Below are positions 14,330-28,314 of a stretch of 64,000 nt of DNA, piece after piece. Each line of letters begins with the position of its first letter. The stretch's first letter is position 1. The stretch is taken from NCBI GenBank assembly GCA_951406725.2, contig OX597817.1:74834001-74898000 (forward strand). Direction: 5' to 3'. Made by a program: the position numbers and the translations under genes. Under the pieces are notes generated by a model. It was not told the origin of the DNA. It searched no databases and saw nothing but the letters and a program-made list of their open reading frames with translations. This DNA comes from Octopus vulgaris. Taxonomy: Eukaryota.

Positions 14330-14594
14330 TTAACCCTTCAGCATTTAAATTGGCCCTACCCATCCCAAATATTTTACCTACTTTTCATTCAAACTGGCTA
14401 GATCTGGTCTCTTACACCTATGCTACATTATCATTTTAAATATAAATGATCACATTATCGAAATCTTGAAGCTACAAGATGATGCATGATAAATCCAAAA
14501 CAATGTGAATACAAGATAATGCATAATTTATTCTAGACAATGTGAATAAGCAAACATTACATTTGACAAAGTAATCTGAATGCTAAAGGGTTAA
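14330..14594. mobile_element. TTAA-flanked MITE family A (piggyBac-like)
   Basis: Ends ttaacccttcagcatt and aatgctaaagggttaa. Homologous to 33055-33257, 34271-34498 and 63625-63850. Confidence 0.8.
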
Positions 14595-15723
14595 AAACAA
14601 GAAGTTAGGTGTGACTTGTGGGATATTTCTCTGTTTTTTGTAGAGGCTTCCTTGTTTGTAATGTGAATTCTAGAATTCAAAATAAATTTGTTGTAATGAC
14701 TGTATATAGCCATTAAAAACATGAAATAATTTTGAAGGAGAATAAGCTGTGCAGATTATATGATTTAATGGTCTATACCCAAGCTTCAATTTTTCACTAA
14801 CATGCTTGTTATATTGTACAATGTTTTTTTTTATTACAATAACCATGAACTAGTGTATTGTAAATACCTTCTCTTTCTGATTCAAAATATAATCTTCATG
14901 TAAACAAATTTCCATTTTTATTTCACTGATACTTTAGACACAATTTGTCAGTATGAATATGTGTGCTGTTAAGATAAGCAAGTGAAAGTTATAAATAGGT
15001 GAGGAGGAGAAAGAAAATATGAAGCAAAATGAAGTGAAAGAAAAACAAACTTGCTGTAAAATTATTTATTAAAAGGTTAACTTAAAAATATTCCAACTTT
15101 GCAAATATTTTTGGCAAGCTTCAGAATTTTTGCAAATGTTTCACTTCTGAAGGTGAATTACAAAACAATAATAATTTGGTCTTTGTAACATATGAAAATG
15201 ATCTCATATTTAAAAATCCTCTTTTTTTTTTATTGTTGTTGTTGTTTTTCCTATTGTTATTGTGATTGATGCCATGACATAGCAGTAAGTTCTTAGTAAA
15301 CCAAACTTCACAATCTGGTCTCAGTTTCTATTTGAAGTGGTTCCACTTTTGATGTCTTTAAGAAAATCATGAATATATTTAATTCCTCTCTAATTTTAGT
15401 TTTAAATGTTTTTCTTTGTTCTCTCAAAAAAAGTATGAAATAGCCAAACTTCCTGTTTCTTATATCCTGTAAAATCATCATCATCATCATTCTTGTTGCA
15501 ATGAACTGGCAGAATCAGACAGTGGGTGTTTGCATTCTGAGTTCAAATTCTGCAATGGTTTGCTTTGTCTTTCATCCTTTCAGAGTCCATAAAAATAAAG
15601 TACCAGTACTGAGGACAATGTAAATGTCTAATTCCCTCCCCATAAAATTGCTGGCTGTGTGCCAAAATTTGAAATGATTATTATTGTTGTTGTTACTTTT
15701 ATTGTTATTTTTTGTTCTTTCAG

Positions 15724-15776
15724 TTACATGGGTATTGGACTATCAACACAGGGGGTAAACATGAATAGACTACCAG
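15724..15776 (+). CDS. RANBP9: RanBP9/10 (RanBPM) coding exon, SPRY domain, 53 nt: (G)YMGIGLSTQGVNMNRLP(G)
   Basis: Acceptor ttgttctttcag, donor CAG|gtaaga. The peptide matches the RanBP9/10 SPRY motif YMGIGLSxQGVNMNRLPG. Its phase-1 end joins exon 32861 in frame. Confidence 0.95.
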
Positions 15777-16139
15777 GTAAGAAGCTTTTACTAATTTGTT
15801 TATCATTAAGGTTGTGGTATTTATTTAAACTTACACAAACTTTCTTTGTTTCTTCCCCCAGTTTCTCTCTTTCTCTCACCCCCTCTACACATACACACTT
15901 ACTTGCGTGTGTACTCAGATGTATTAACTCTTTGTCCTTCAAAAATTTTTTTATTCCTTCCTTTTCTCACTCACAGGCATTCCCTATCTCTTTCATCATC
16001 ATCAAAATTGTTACATTTCCAGCTATTCCAAGCTGGTTTAGATCTTATAGCTCTACTATAGAGCATCTTTCAATGTGTCTTGATCATGCGCTATCCTTTT
16101 TTTTCTTTTACTTTTCTGGGTTTTTTTTTTTTTTTTTTG

Positions 16140-16680
16140 GGTGAAACCTACCATTCTCAGGTTGATTTGAATGATGAGATGATTCCATTTCATTTTGGAT
16201 CTTTTTATGGTTTGCCTGTTTCATGAGTACCTCCCACCACTAATTCTCAACATACATTATCCACTTGCATCCCATGTCCATGCTGACACAGTTGCTTCAT
16301 TCAAGGCTTTGTTATACTCTCATTTTAGCAATTCCCTTGTGCTTACCCTTTGTTATATGTTGGTTAGCATTGCTCATCTAATGGAGTATATTCAATTTGT
16401 TCTTCTCCAATTACTGCAGACCCTCAACATTTGCTACTGCTGCTGCTGTTTCACAACTGTGCCATATCATACATCCTACATATGACTCATATATTGCCTG
16501 CCTTTCATAATGAAAGAGGAACTCTTTGTTGCGAACAGAATAACATTTTACCAAACTTCTCCCATCCTTTCAAATCTTAGCTGCTATGCTATCACAAGCA
16601 TTTACTCATTAGTATGTCAATTATATTAACTCAACATTTACTACTTTCAACCAATTATTGATGCAGTCCATATTTGTGCT
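16140..16680 (-). mobile_element. Old RTE LINE RT relic
   Basis: Minus-strand translation SIAAKI*KGWEKF..MKGRQY..HSCET parallels SVTARVRIAWAKF..VKGRLY..HGSET of the young copy. Confidence 0.55.
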
Positions 16681-17061
16681 GTGAACAATTCCAGTAGATT
16701 TGGTGCATCTAAAGTTATGGTTCCTCATTAGTCTTACAGAGATCCTATTGCTTCTACTGCACCTTTCTCTCTCCTCTTCTCTCTCCCTCCCTCTATTTCT
16801 CATATTCCTGTTTCCTCTCTATCTAAAACATACTCGCACGCACAATATATATTCTTTCTATCTCACACTACAATATTATTTATTCTTTTAATTGTCTTGT
16901 ATTAAATAGGTGTGACTGTGTAGTTAACAAGTTTGCTTTCCAACCACATGGTTTTGGGTTCAGTCCCACTGCATGGCCCCTTGGCCTGGTATCTTGTACA
17001 ATAGCCCCAGGCCAACCAAAGCCTTGTGAATGGATTTGGTTGGCAGAAACTGAAAGAAGCC

Positions 17062-17297
17062 GTTAAGGCGGTGAGCTGGCAGAAACGTTGGCATGCCGGG
17101 CAAAATGCTTAGCGGTATTTCGTCTGCCATTACGTTCTGAGTTCAAATTCCGCCGAGGTCGACTTTGCCTTTCATCCTTTCGGGGTCGATAAATTAAGTA
17201 CCAGTTACGTGCTGGGGTCGATGAAATCGACCTAATTCCTTTGTCTGTCTGTGTTTGTCCCATCTATGTTTAGCCCCTTGTGGGTAATAAAGAAATA
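17062..17297 (+). mobile_element. Young SINE inserted into an older SINE, 17-bp TSD
   Basis: TSD AGAAACTGAAAGAAGCC at 17045-17061 and 17298-17314. CpG-rich, with B-box-like gagttcaaattcc and an A-rich tail. Confidence 0.9.
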
Positions 17298-18776
17298 AGA
17301 AACTGAAAGAAGCCCCCATCATGTTTATGTCTCTTTGCATCATGTGAGTCTCACTGTCATACTGATGATGCCATTCACTTCCAATGTTCTGTGAAACATG
17401 TCTGGTTATGCGGAAATATTACCTTGCTTGGAAAGAAGTGAGGGTTGAAGTCAGGAAGAGCATCTGGCCATAAAAAAAAAATCTTACTAAATACCATTCA
17501 ACCCATCTAAGCATGGAAAAGTAGACGTTAAAATTATGGTGATTAATTACTAACAGCAGAATTGCATGATCTCATGGAATCTCATGCTTATGTATACTAC
17601 TAGATAGTTTAATAGCTTTTATCTTTTATCTTATTACTTATTTCACTCATTAGACTGTGGCCATGCTAGGGCACCACCTTGAATTTTTAGTTGACTATTG
17701 ACTGCAGTACTTTTTTTTTTTTTTAAAGGCTTGTACTTATTTTATCAGTCAATTTTGCTGAACTGCTAGGTTATGGGGTATGTAAACAGACCAGTACCAG
17801 TTATCAAGTGGTGGTGGTGGTGTGTGTGTGTGGGTAATCACACACACACATTTGATGAGATTCTTTTCATTTCATCTACCAAATCCACTTGCAAGGCTTT
17901 TGTTGACCCTAGGCTTTAGTAAAAGACATTTTCCCAAGCTGCAATGCAGTGGGACTGAACCCTGAACAATGTGATTGAAAAGCAAGTTTTTTTACCATAC
18001 AGCCAGCCACAAGCTTACCATCTTTAAAAAATAAAAGGTATGAAATAAGGATATGGTCAGATATTAACTCCTTGAAATTATAGACTACAATAACAACAAC
18101 AACAACACACACACACATCTTCCAGTGTGTACATATTTATGAACTTGCCTCCTCTACAAAGCACCACCATATGCATAGCATCACTTACACTAAAAATTAC
18201 TTTCTCTCTGCTATCTTTACAACATTCACACATTGCATGATAAGTGATACACTCACACACAAACTCTCTCTCCCTCTCAAACACATAGACTACTGTAGCA
18301 TATTTTACCCACACATGGACATGTGTAGAACAAGGTTTCTTGACATTTTACAAACTAACCATTATTTTATATATACACACACACTCACACGTGTGTTCAC
18401 CATTCAATGCATTCTTCTTCCCTTCCCCTATATCTCCATTTTCTTTTTGCGCTCTCCCTACGCAGTAAGGCATGCGTTTCTGTCTCTCTGTCTTAGTTTA
18501 ACCTCTCATCATCTGGCACAAAGTTACCTCTCTCAATACTACCCCACCAGGTAGTATTGAGAGTTGAGGGGATTCTTTGTTTTGCAAGTTACTTGGTAAC
18601 CTCATTACACTCTGTAAAGTGGTTGGCAATAGGAAGACTATCCAGCTATAAAAACCTTGCCGAAGCAGACAGTAGAGCTTTGTGCACCTCTGGCTCACCA
18701 GCATTTGTCAAACTTTTCGACCCATGCCAACATGAGAGCAGATGTTAAATGATGATGATAATATGTACACACACAC

Positions 18777-18814
<38 letters not shown>

Positions 18815-19273
18815 ATCCAGGCTTCTGGGAGATTTACTATCATGTACACAATATTTATTGAATCTTTCAGGCCTGGTTTAATTGTATAATCCTAATGCTA
18901 GGTATGTTGACCGATGAAGAGAGTGAATAGCAAAATTAACCCAAGCAGATTATAGAAGTAAATATTTTGTGAGTTGAAAACGAATATGACAGTAAGGCTA
19001 TATCTTTTTTTTTAATTGGAGCTGGTAAACACAATGGAAGGGGAGTGGAAAATAAAACATTCAAATGAATGAACATTATTTTTTTAAGGAAAAAAATTTA
19101 ACCAAATTATATAGATTTTAGTTGACAGGAATGTCATAATTTTACCCCAATGACCTTGTGAGCCAAAATATGCTTGTCATTTGTGTGTGTGTGTAAGCTG
19201 AGTCTGTGTGTTACCAGTCAAATTTGATGGAGTGGCATTTTATGCATTTTGTTACCCCATTTCCATTGAAATA

Positions 19274-20741
19274 CGCTAAACCGTGAAAGAAATGCGATTT
19301 TTTTCAAATGTCATTTTTGTATGGTAAATTCTGAACATTTGTTTTGGGGATGTAAGTGGAAATATTCCAAGACATTCTGGTTTATGGTTGAGACCTAAAT
19401 TGCAGGTAACCTTGTTGGCAGTCGCAAACAGTTACGAAAGCCAAAATGCATGTACATCTCGTGGACGATATGGGTATAAAAATCAACTTGAACTGCATTC
19501 CTGGCATTCGTAAGTTGGACGCATCAGGTATGACCTGACTGTCGACACTGCAAAGAAAACAAGCTATCAGCTGATTGCAAGCAGGGCAGCATGCCCTGGT
19601 TGTTGTGAAATCTTACAATATCCATGTCAGCACCATCTATCACCTGCAACAGTTATAAAACAACACCAACAGCAGCACTGCAGACTGTGCCTACAGAGGG
19701 CACCTCCGGATGACCGCACCCAGGCAGGACCGCTTCATCCACCTGCAACATCTCAACAATCGCTTCAGACCAGCAAGCATAACAGCTTGCAAGACCATTG
19801 GCACTGAACAGTGACCACATGGTACGATGTCATCTGGCTGCCAACAACCTGTGTTGCCATTGTCCTGCTTGAAGGCCTGTCCTCACCACCCGCCACTGTC
19901 AGGCATGGGCTACAATGGGCTATACAGCACCAACATTGACGGCATCAACAATGGAGGTTGACAGTCTTCTCTGACGACAGCCGGTACTGTGTTTCCACCT
20001 CAGATAAGAGTGTGGTGTAGGTAGAGTAAACGCTACAGAGTCGCATGTGTCATAGAGAGAGATATGTGGGGTGGCCAAAACATCATGGTTTGGAGTGCTA
20101 TAGGCCTGAATCAGAGAACTGGGCCCCATGTGTTCCAAAATGTTGGTGCAGGCAGAGGGAATGGCATCACAGTGCAGTGCTACTTTGACCAGATCCTAAG
20201 ACTTCACATTGTGCTCTTCTTCACATGTTAATGTACCCACATGTTCCGGTAGGACAATGTTCCCTCCCACATGGCCAGGGTCACCATGGACTTCCTGAAT
20301 CAGCACAACATAAAACCATGCTTTGGCTGGCTCTCAACCCAGATTTGAACCCAATTGAACACCTGTGGGATGAAATCCAGAGATGGCTGAACCAGGTGGT
20401 CCCAAGGCTGACAACTTGTATGAAACTGGAGGCAGCATTCCTCAGGGTGTGGGCACAGGTGCCTATGGCTTTTGTGAACTGCCTCATGCACTTCATATAC
20501 CAATGGTGTATGGCCGTTTTGAACACTCAAGGAAGGCATACACAGTATTGAACATGTCACACCCTACAATCTCAATGTGCTGGATCTGCCCACTACCAGA
20601 AAACATGGGAATGACTTATAGACTGTGGTCAAAGTACATCCAATTGACTTTATCAGATCTATCAAAATTTATTTCTGACTTAATGAAATTAAAACATATT
20701 TCACAGTCACACATGCCTCACGTTTCTTTTGCAGTTCAGTG
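19274..20741 (+). mobile_element. Decayed Tc1 (DD34E-type) transposon
   Basis: TA-flanked imperfect TIRs (cgctaaaccgtgaaagaaatgcg / cgtttcttttgcagttcagtg). Transposase relic runs from ATG 19530 to 20551 with stops and frameshifts, and includes DLNPIEHLWDEI. Confidence 0.88.
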
Positions 20742-20860
20742 TACACTGGGTTCTTTTTCAATTAATTTTTAAGATAATAAAGAATTTTGTCATTGTTAAG
20801 CTGATGTCTAGAACATGAATTAACATGAAATTTTGAGGAAAGGTTTTAATTTAGATTGTT

Positions 20861-21100
20861 TTAACCCATTTCCTGTCCTGTGTAGTACATGTGATATACA
20901 GGACGTATTTCCTTGGTGTCCTTGCATCATGTGTTATACATTCCCAATCTTTTTTCAACCACCAGAGTAAATTGGGACTTATGAGAAGAAAACTTTCTAT
21001 TACACAAAACGTGTGAAACAAGGGCTAACTAAAAGTTTTCAAACAGGGATAGACATTTACAGTAAACTTATGAAAATGCTTTGGACAGGCAAAAGGTTAA
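20861..21100. mobile_element. TTAA MITE family C nested in a family-B MITE
   Basis: TTAA at 20861-20864 and 21097-21100. TIRs cccatttcctgtcc / ggacaggcaaaagg. Confidence 0.75.
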
Positions 21101-22780
21101 ACATGATGTTTATATCATAGAACCACGGCAGTCGTAGGTGGGTTGGTATCAAAAGGGTTTATATCAAAATGTACAATATGTTAACATAAAATATAATTTG
21201 TTCAAAACTTTCAACTGTTTTTATAACTGCTGGGTACACCAACATATAAAAAACTTCATTGTTAATTTGTCATGTCAACTGTCTTGACAAACTTGTATAC
21301 TCTCTTGAGAATCTTCATGAGTGTTCAAGTGTTCAGGAACCTGTTTGTAATCCTCAACCTTGAACCTTTACATATTTCTTAGTTTGGCTTTTAATTAATT
21401 GTATTTGCTTTTTTTTTTTTCTATGTCAACTTCCTCTTTCTTTCACGGTTTAAATGAATATTATTATTATCATCATCATCATCTCATTGATTTAAAAGGA
21501 AACCTGAAAATTATATTTATTTTCTAATGTCTAACTAAACAATTTGGCAACAGTCTTGGAACGAGGAAGATGCACAAAGCCATAATGTTTTATTTTGGTT
21601 TTTATTACTCATGCATGGTTAGTGGTGATTATTGTGCAAATTTAGTTGATTGATTTGAAAAAGAAACGCTTTGTGATTATGATGAAAATTTAATTATGTT
21701 CATTTGGTTAAGCAATTAACCAAAAGTTTTCTTAGAAAAGTTTTGCAACAAAATGTGATGTGCCGCCTCATTAACATAATGATTCTATAATTTTTGTTAC
21801 ACTGTAAGCAGTTAACCTAGAGACATGAATTTAATAATTATAATTAAATAATTATTATGTGAAAAAAAATGTGTTTTAAACATATAAATATTGTACACAC
21901 TGAGTTTTTTTTATTCAGCTCAGCAGCTTTCTGCAATATCAGTGTGTTATTCACTGTTCCCTATATATCAGAGAGGACAGATTGTGCCTAGACATGTGAC
22001 TAGTGAGGACACATTATTGACAAGGCTCAAGTAAACATGCCTGGCATTCTTGTAGGTCACTGTTTAGGTGATGTTCACCTTGCTCTAATATAATATTTTC
22101 AACAGAGCATGTCTGTAAATAGATTTTCTCTCAGACAAAATTCATAGCACCTTGCCTGTCAATGGTGTATTTATGTTAGATATAATACATAGATGGCTAT
22201 TGTGTTTCATGTAATCATTATTAAAAATCTATTCCCTATTTTTGAAATATTTGGAAATTTCAATCCACTGTCTCTTCTCTAAATTCAATGAAATTGTTGC
22301 TAATGAATTACAATTTGCTGCAACTTCCTATGAGTAAGCTCTTACTTTTTTCTTCTACAGTACGAATAACTATCAAGATTGTCAATTATGAAACTAAAAT
22401 TTGGGGTATATCTACTGAATTTTTTACAGAGGCATTTCTGAAAACTAGGCTCTAATATATTACCAGAGCTCTAAATGCTAGGTCTCACCATCACCAAGGT
22501 TCTCTTCTGGAGATTCCACACCCTGAACATAACAAAAATAAAAGCTATTATAAAGACTGGACCTCATCTTCAAGTCCAGATAATATTTCAACCAAAACTC
22601 CTAAACTCTAATATTTTCCCATAGTTGGGATATGTTTTTCATAGAAAACTGGAAACGAACAGACCTTGCTTGTATAACAGGGTTACTCATTTACAGCCAT
22701 CATGTAACATCTAGGCAAAGTTACACACACACACTATACTTTTCCCCCACATATGGGATGTTGCCTCTTCTATACAAATA

Positions 22781-23002
22781 TATTTCTTTACTGCCCAGAA
22801 GGGGCTAAACATAGAGGGGACAAACAAGGACAGACGAAGGGATTGAGTCGATTATATCACCCCCAGTGCGAAACTGGTACTTTATTTATCGACCCCGAAA
22901 AGATAAAAGGCAAAGTTGACCTCGGCGGAATTTGAACTCAGAATGTAACGACAGACGAAATACCGCTAAGCTTTTCGCCCGGCTCGCTAACATGTTTGCC
23001 AG
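22781..23002 (-). mobile_element. Young SINE, same family as 17062-17297, 14-bp TSD
   Basis: TSD CTTCTATACAAATA at 22767-22780 and 23003-23016. Reverse complement aligns with 17070-17297. Confidence 0.9.
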
Positions 23003-26000
23003 CTTCTATACAAATAGAAATCCCTGACTACATCCCAAAAAAGACCCCCATTTACCACTACTTAGTATGAAGTTGCTCTGTAACACAGTCTAATCTGTGG
23101 ACCACAGATGTGATCTCTCCTTTCTCTACCTTTTCTGCTACTACTACACTGGCCTTTGTTCCTTGCAGTTATCTACTTTTGTGCCTTGTCACTTCCCAGT
23201 CTCATTAGTGATATATGACCCTCTACCACTATGATGATGACCACCACCACCACATTAACCATTAACTATCCAGTTTTTCCTCTCCAGAATGCTGTCCCTG
23301 TAGGATTCTCTCCTTAAATATATTTTCCCTGACACTGTCAACTTGTAATTATTCAAGAATATTATTTATATTGATCTCAACAGCTATGAGCTCAGCCTCT
23401 TCCTCCCTCCTAATCTATTGAGCAAGAATGGGGAGAGAAGGAATGAGATAGTTGTCTGAAACAATAAACTAAGCTAAATGTAGTGAAGTACTTAGTTTCC
23501 TTATTAAGGTTCTGAGTTCAAATCAATAGGTTTACAATTTATGCTATGTTTATAATTTATTCGTTCATGTCAGTGATCCTTATTATCTCATTAACCTTTT
23601 ATAATATTGATGTTATTTTTTTTTAAAATCTTGATGAGTTAACTGAATAAGTACAACTTATCACAATGGTTACCCTTTGAAAAAAGAAAAACAAGAAAAA
23701 AGATACTAGCAAGAATAATTAATTATATTCTTCCTAGTTTGAGGTATTATACAGTCCCAAAACTATTATTTAGATCATGTGTGTACAGAACAGCAGGAAT
23801 CAAAACAATGATGTACATACTCATTCTTAATGCATTCTGGCAGATTTGAATGTGAATATTATTAATCTTGTTTAGATATTTTGATTTAGGGTGAGCTTTA
23901 ACTGAAGACACACAGCCAGTTTGAAACACTGGTATCTCAAAGTCCCCTTACATCAGAAAATAGAGTGTTGTCAACATACACTACCTGAAAGGTGTTCGCT
24001 GAAGGCAAAATACAAAAAACAGCAATTAATATATCCATGTTAAAATTTGCTAGAACATATTAAGAAGGAATGTACGTCATCGTGTGATCTAGATCTTTTG
24101 ACCGAACATATTTAGACTGAAGTATCAATAAAGAGTAAATGCAAGTGAAGAAAAGCTTTATAAATCAATATAGAAAATGGCTAGAGCTCAGTGACTAGAA
24201 CCAGCAAAAGAATATTTCATAATCGTAGTGTTGATAATGGTTATGATGATGATTCTGAATTAGATATATTTTTTCGTATTGTTTGCATTGTAAAAAGTTT
24301 TAATCTAATTGTACCGACAATTCCATTAAGACCCTTGGAAGCAGATAGCATCAATCTTTTCATTTTATGTATTTTTATACACTGGGGTCTAATAATTTTC
24401 TATGATTGAAATTAATATTTTCATAAACTTCAAGAAAAGCAAGATTATTTTAACCATTTTTTAAAACATGTTTCTGTTGAAACACACTGCTTTTGTTTAA
24501 ATTAATTTTGAATATAATGAAGAATTTAGGAAAATAACTTAGTTATTATTAACCAGTTCACTGTATAATTAAATTTCAGGGTCATTCCTGTAATAATGTT
24601 AATTATCCACAAAAAAAAAAAAAGAGAGAGAGAGAGAATTCTCATTTTCTGCTTCTGCAGTACTTTTTCAATATGTCTTATAGGTATCCACCATTAATAG
24701 TGCTTGACTCTTGCTCTGTAAAGAGGTATTAAGGCATGTGGCCTAGTGGTTAGGCTGTTGCACTCATGATTGCTGGATCATGGGTTCGATTCCTTGATTG
24801 GGCGGCGTGTTGTGGTCTTGAGCAAAACACTTCATTTCACATTGCTCCAGACCCCCCTCCCCTTTCGATCAGTGGGGAATGTTGGCTTGCTCATCTAGCC
24901 AGCAGGATGATGTCATTTCAAAGCTAAAACAATGCAAAACGTATTGTGACCAGTGATGCATAACAGCATTTTATCTCCTAGTTGGTCACATAAAAAATGT
25001 AAGAAAATCTGTAAAATAGTCTTTTGTATAAAATCTCACTGGGGGTGTCATCACTTCTTGCAGCATAAGAAAAGTTTTTTTTTTCAAAGCCATGCGGGTA
25101 AAACCACTTTCCACAGCTAACAGTAGTAAAATTTTGAGCAGATATATCCACTTTTCACATGCAAAGGGTTTAACTGGTGTGAGAAATTTAAATCTACTTT
25201 TAAAACACGGAATTTGTATCCTAGAACCAAGAGCAATTCTCGAGCTGGTTGGTGTCCAAAGGATCAACAAGTATCCCTATTTTTGAGTAGATACATACAG
25301 TCTAAAAATAGCATCTATTAAGCCTTTCTGGACCGCAAAAGAAACTCATAGGCCTTAGCACTGAATCATAAGTACATATAAACAACAGCTGGAATAATCA
25401 TCCACCTATAAAAGTAATCAATACTGAATTATTTACTTTCCTTCATTTTCTTTTTTTGAATGTTTGTTTCCAAGGCATGGCTTTGTGGTTAAGAAACTTG
25501 CTTTGCAATCATGTGACTTCAGGTTCAGTTCCACTGCATGGTACCATGGCCAAGTGTTTTCTACTATAACCCTATGCTAATCAATGCTTTGTGAATGAAT
25601 TTGACAGACAGAAACTATGTGGAAGCGTGTGTGTGGTGTGTCCATGTCCACCACCACTTAACTAGTGTTGATTTCTTTACACCCCCTTTAACTCTGCAGT
25701 TCAGCAAAAGGGTTTGATAGAAGAAATACCAGACAGAAACAAGTGAAAGGTAAACAATAAAAAATAATTATCTTCTATCTGCCATGCTGGGGCACTGCCT
25801 TGAAGATTCTTAGTGAAATAAATCATCCCTAGTACTTTTTCTTTTTAAAGTTTGGTACTTATTCTATTTATTTCTCTTGCCAAATCACTAAGTTGCAGGG
25901 ATGTAAATACTACAACACTGGTTGTCAAGTGGTGGGAGGAGAGGGGGACCACACACACACACGGTTAGGAAGCAAGCAAGCTGCTCAACTACACAGCAAT

Positions 26001-28250
26001 GATATGTGATGATTATTACTGTTTAAATATGAAAGGCAGTTTTTTTTCCCCTTTTTAATTGCCTTTCTTCAAAGAGCACGATCAAATTAATTTGAAATTC
26101 AAGTCAATGGAAACAAGTTGATACTAAAATGGTTAACAGGCATAAATGAAAATCTGTAATTCTATAATAATACTTCATTCATCCAAAACCTGCAGTTCAA
26201 AGAGGTTGTCGGTGCACAACAATGTGTGTTTTAGATGTTGGATTATCTGGTGGAAGCCTTTCTTTCCTACATTTGACAGATGTTATTTTTAACCCTTTCA
26301 TTACCAATGTGCTCAAGACTACTACTCTTGGTCTTATAATACAAACTTCCTGTTTTAAAGTGATCTAAATAAAAGTTTCCCATTACAAAATTTCATGTTA
26401 TGTTCCAAACAGTTTAATAATGGCATGGTTATTTTACTAAATCATCATCATCATCATATGTCCATTATCTATGTTGGCATGGGTTTGAACAGTTGACAGA
26501 AACTGGCAAGTCAAAAGATGTCACCCAAGCCCTGCTGTCTGCTTTGACATGGTCTCTGTAGCTGGATGTCCTTTATAATTAATGCTAACCACTTTTACAT
26601 GGCACCAGCAGCAGTGAGGTCACCAGGTAACTTGAAGACAGGACCCTCAACTGAGGCAGGGAAAGTAGTATTGAGGGACAATTCATCATTATTTTCAATA
26701 TTAATTCAAACAAAGGCTGTGTTTTGATCAGGAATATAGAAATGATCATGTTAATCCTGTTAAGTGTCCAGACACCCTTCACACCCAGTAAAAAGAGTGG
26801 GTGGATGGGTGGGTGGATTGGTGCTTGTGATGTGATGGTTTAGTTGCTGACTATGTATGCATGAGAAATATATCACCATTGCTGACCACAATTCTGAAGG
26901 ATGGTTAGATGGCAAAATCAGAGCATCAGCACCTGTTGTAGTCACATCCGTTTACACTGTGTTCAATTCCCACCAAGGCCTACTTTGTTTTGTTATCCTT
27001 CTAAAAGATGATAAAGTAAAATACTAATTGAATACCAGATTTGATTCATCTGCTATAACTTCCCACTATCACCATTGCCATCATCAACATTTATTGTTGT
27101 GTTTTGATGTGAAAAATTATTATTATTTTAAACTTTGTTTCCTTGAGTTATCAGACTTGAAAATGTTTTTAACTCATTATCCCTGCATGTGTTTCGATGC
27201 TGTATCATTTCATCTGGGACACCAAGCATTCTCAGCTCTAGGTTAATTGCCTTTTCTCAAGTCATCTTTGGTTTACATACATCGCTGATACACTCTACTA
27301 TCAACATTTTTATTCAACATGCATTATCCATTCATATCACATGTTCAATACTAATGTAGTCATCTCCTTCACACATCACTCAGCCAATACTTTTTGATGT
27401 CCACTCTCTTTATTTATTCATATTTGTTCAGCTTAGATTCAGATATTTAGGCTCACATAACAGGTACCTACGTCATGGGAAATCACAAGAAGGAAATACT
27501 GACACCACAGATAGCAATGCCCCCCCCCCCCCCTCGCGCTCTCCCTTTCTCTCTTTTAATTAATTTATTGACTTGATGTATGTCATTGTTGACTTAACTC
27601 AAACATTATGGAAGTTAGTAATATTTGATTTCAGCTAGTAACAGATCTCCACACACACATGCGCTAAGTATCATTTTACAAATAGAGAGCATTTGTCATG
27701 GTTGTGGGCAGACTGAAATTGAATGAGATCCAACTAGATTGAAATTATTTTGTTGTTAGGTGTGCATATTCTCTCCTTAAGGGTTAATAATAACCACTAA
27801 ATTGTTGCAGGACAATGCTAAAAAGAAATCAATTCCTATGTTCTCTACTGTCTTTATATAATTTCCTGCAAAATTTTCAAGATTTATTATTTATAAGTGC
27901 AGTCATGGCTGTGTAATTAAAAAGCCCACTTCACTACTACATTGTTTTGGGTTCAGTCCCAATGTACAGCACCCTGGACAAGTGTCTTCTATTATAGCAC
28001 AAAAATGACATGCCTTGCAAGTTAAACTGCATACACATAACCAACCCTAGTTCTTATTTTAATCTTCAAGCCCAGTCTCTTTTCTGTCTACAAAATCCGC
28101 TCACAGCGCTTTGGTTGGCTTGAGGTTATAGCAGAAGGTATTTGCCCAAGGTGCCATGCAGTGGAACTGAACCTGGAACCATGTGGTTGCAAAGCAAGCT
28201 TTTTACCATTCAACCGTGCCTGCACCTATGAAGCCACACCTGCAACAATT

Positions 28251-28311
<61 letters not shown>

Positions 28312-28314
<3 letters not shown>

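Noticed and set aside
15659-16144. 161-aa ORF
   Set aside because: Only 15724-15776 is exonic. The rest is low-complexity intron read-through.
23952-23984. Minus-strand 33-nt exon-like segment (VVYVDNTLFSD) suggesting a nested gene, plus ORFs near 24986-25286
   Set aside because: No recognisable protein and no partner exons. Splice-like motifs of this quality arise by chance.
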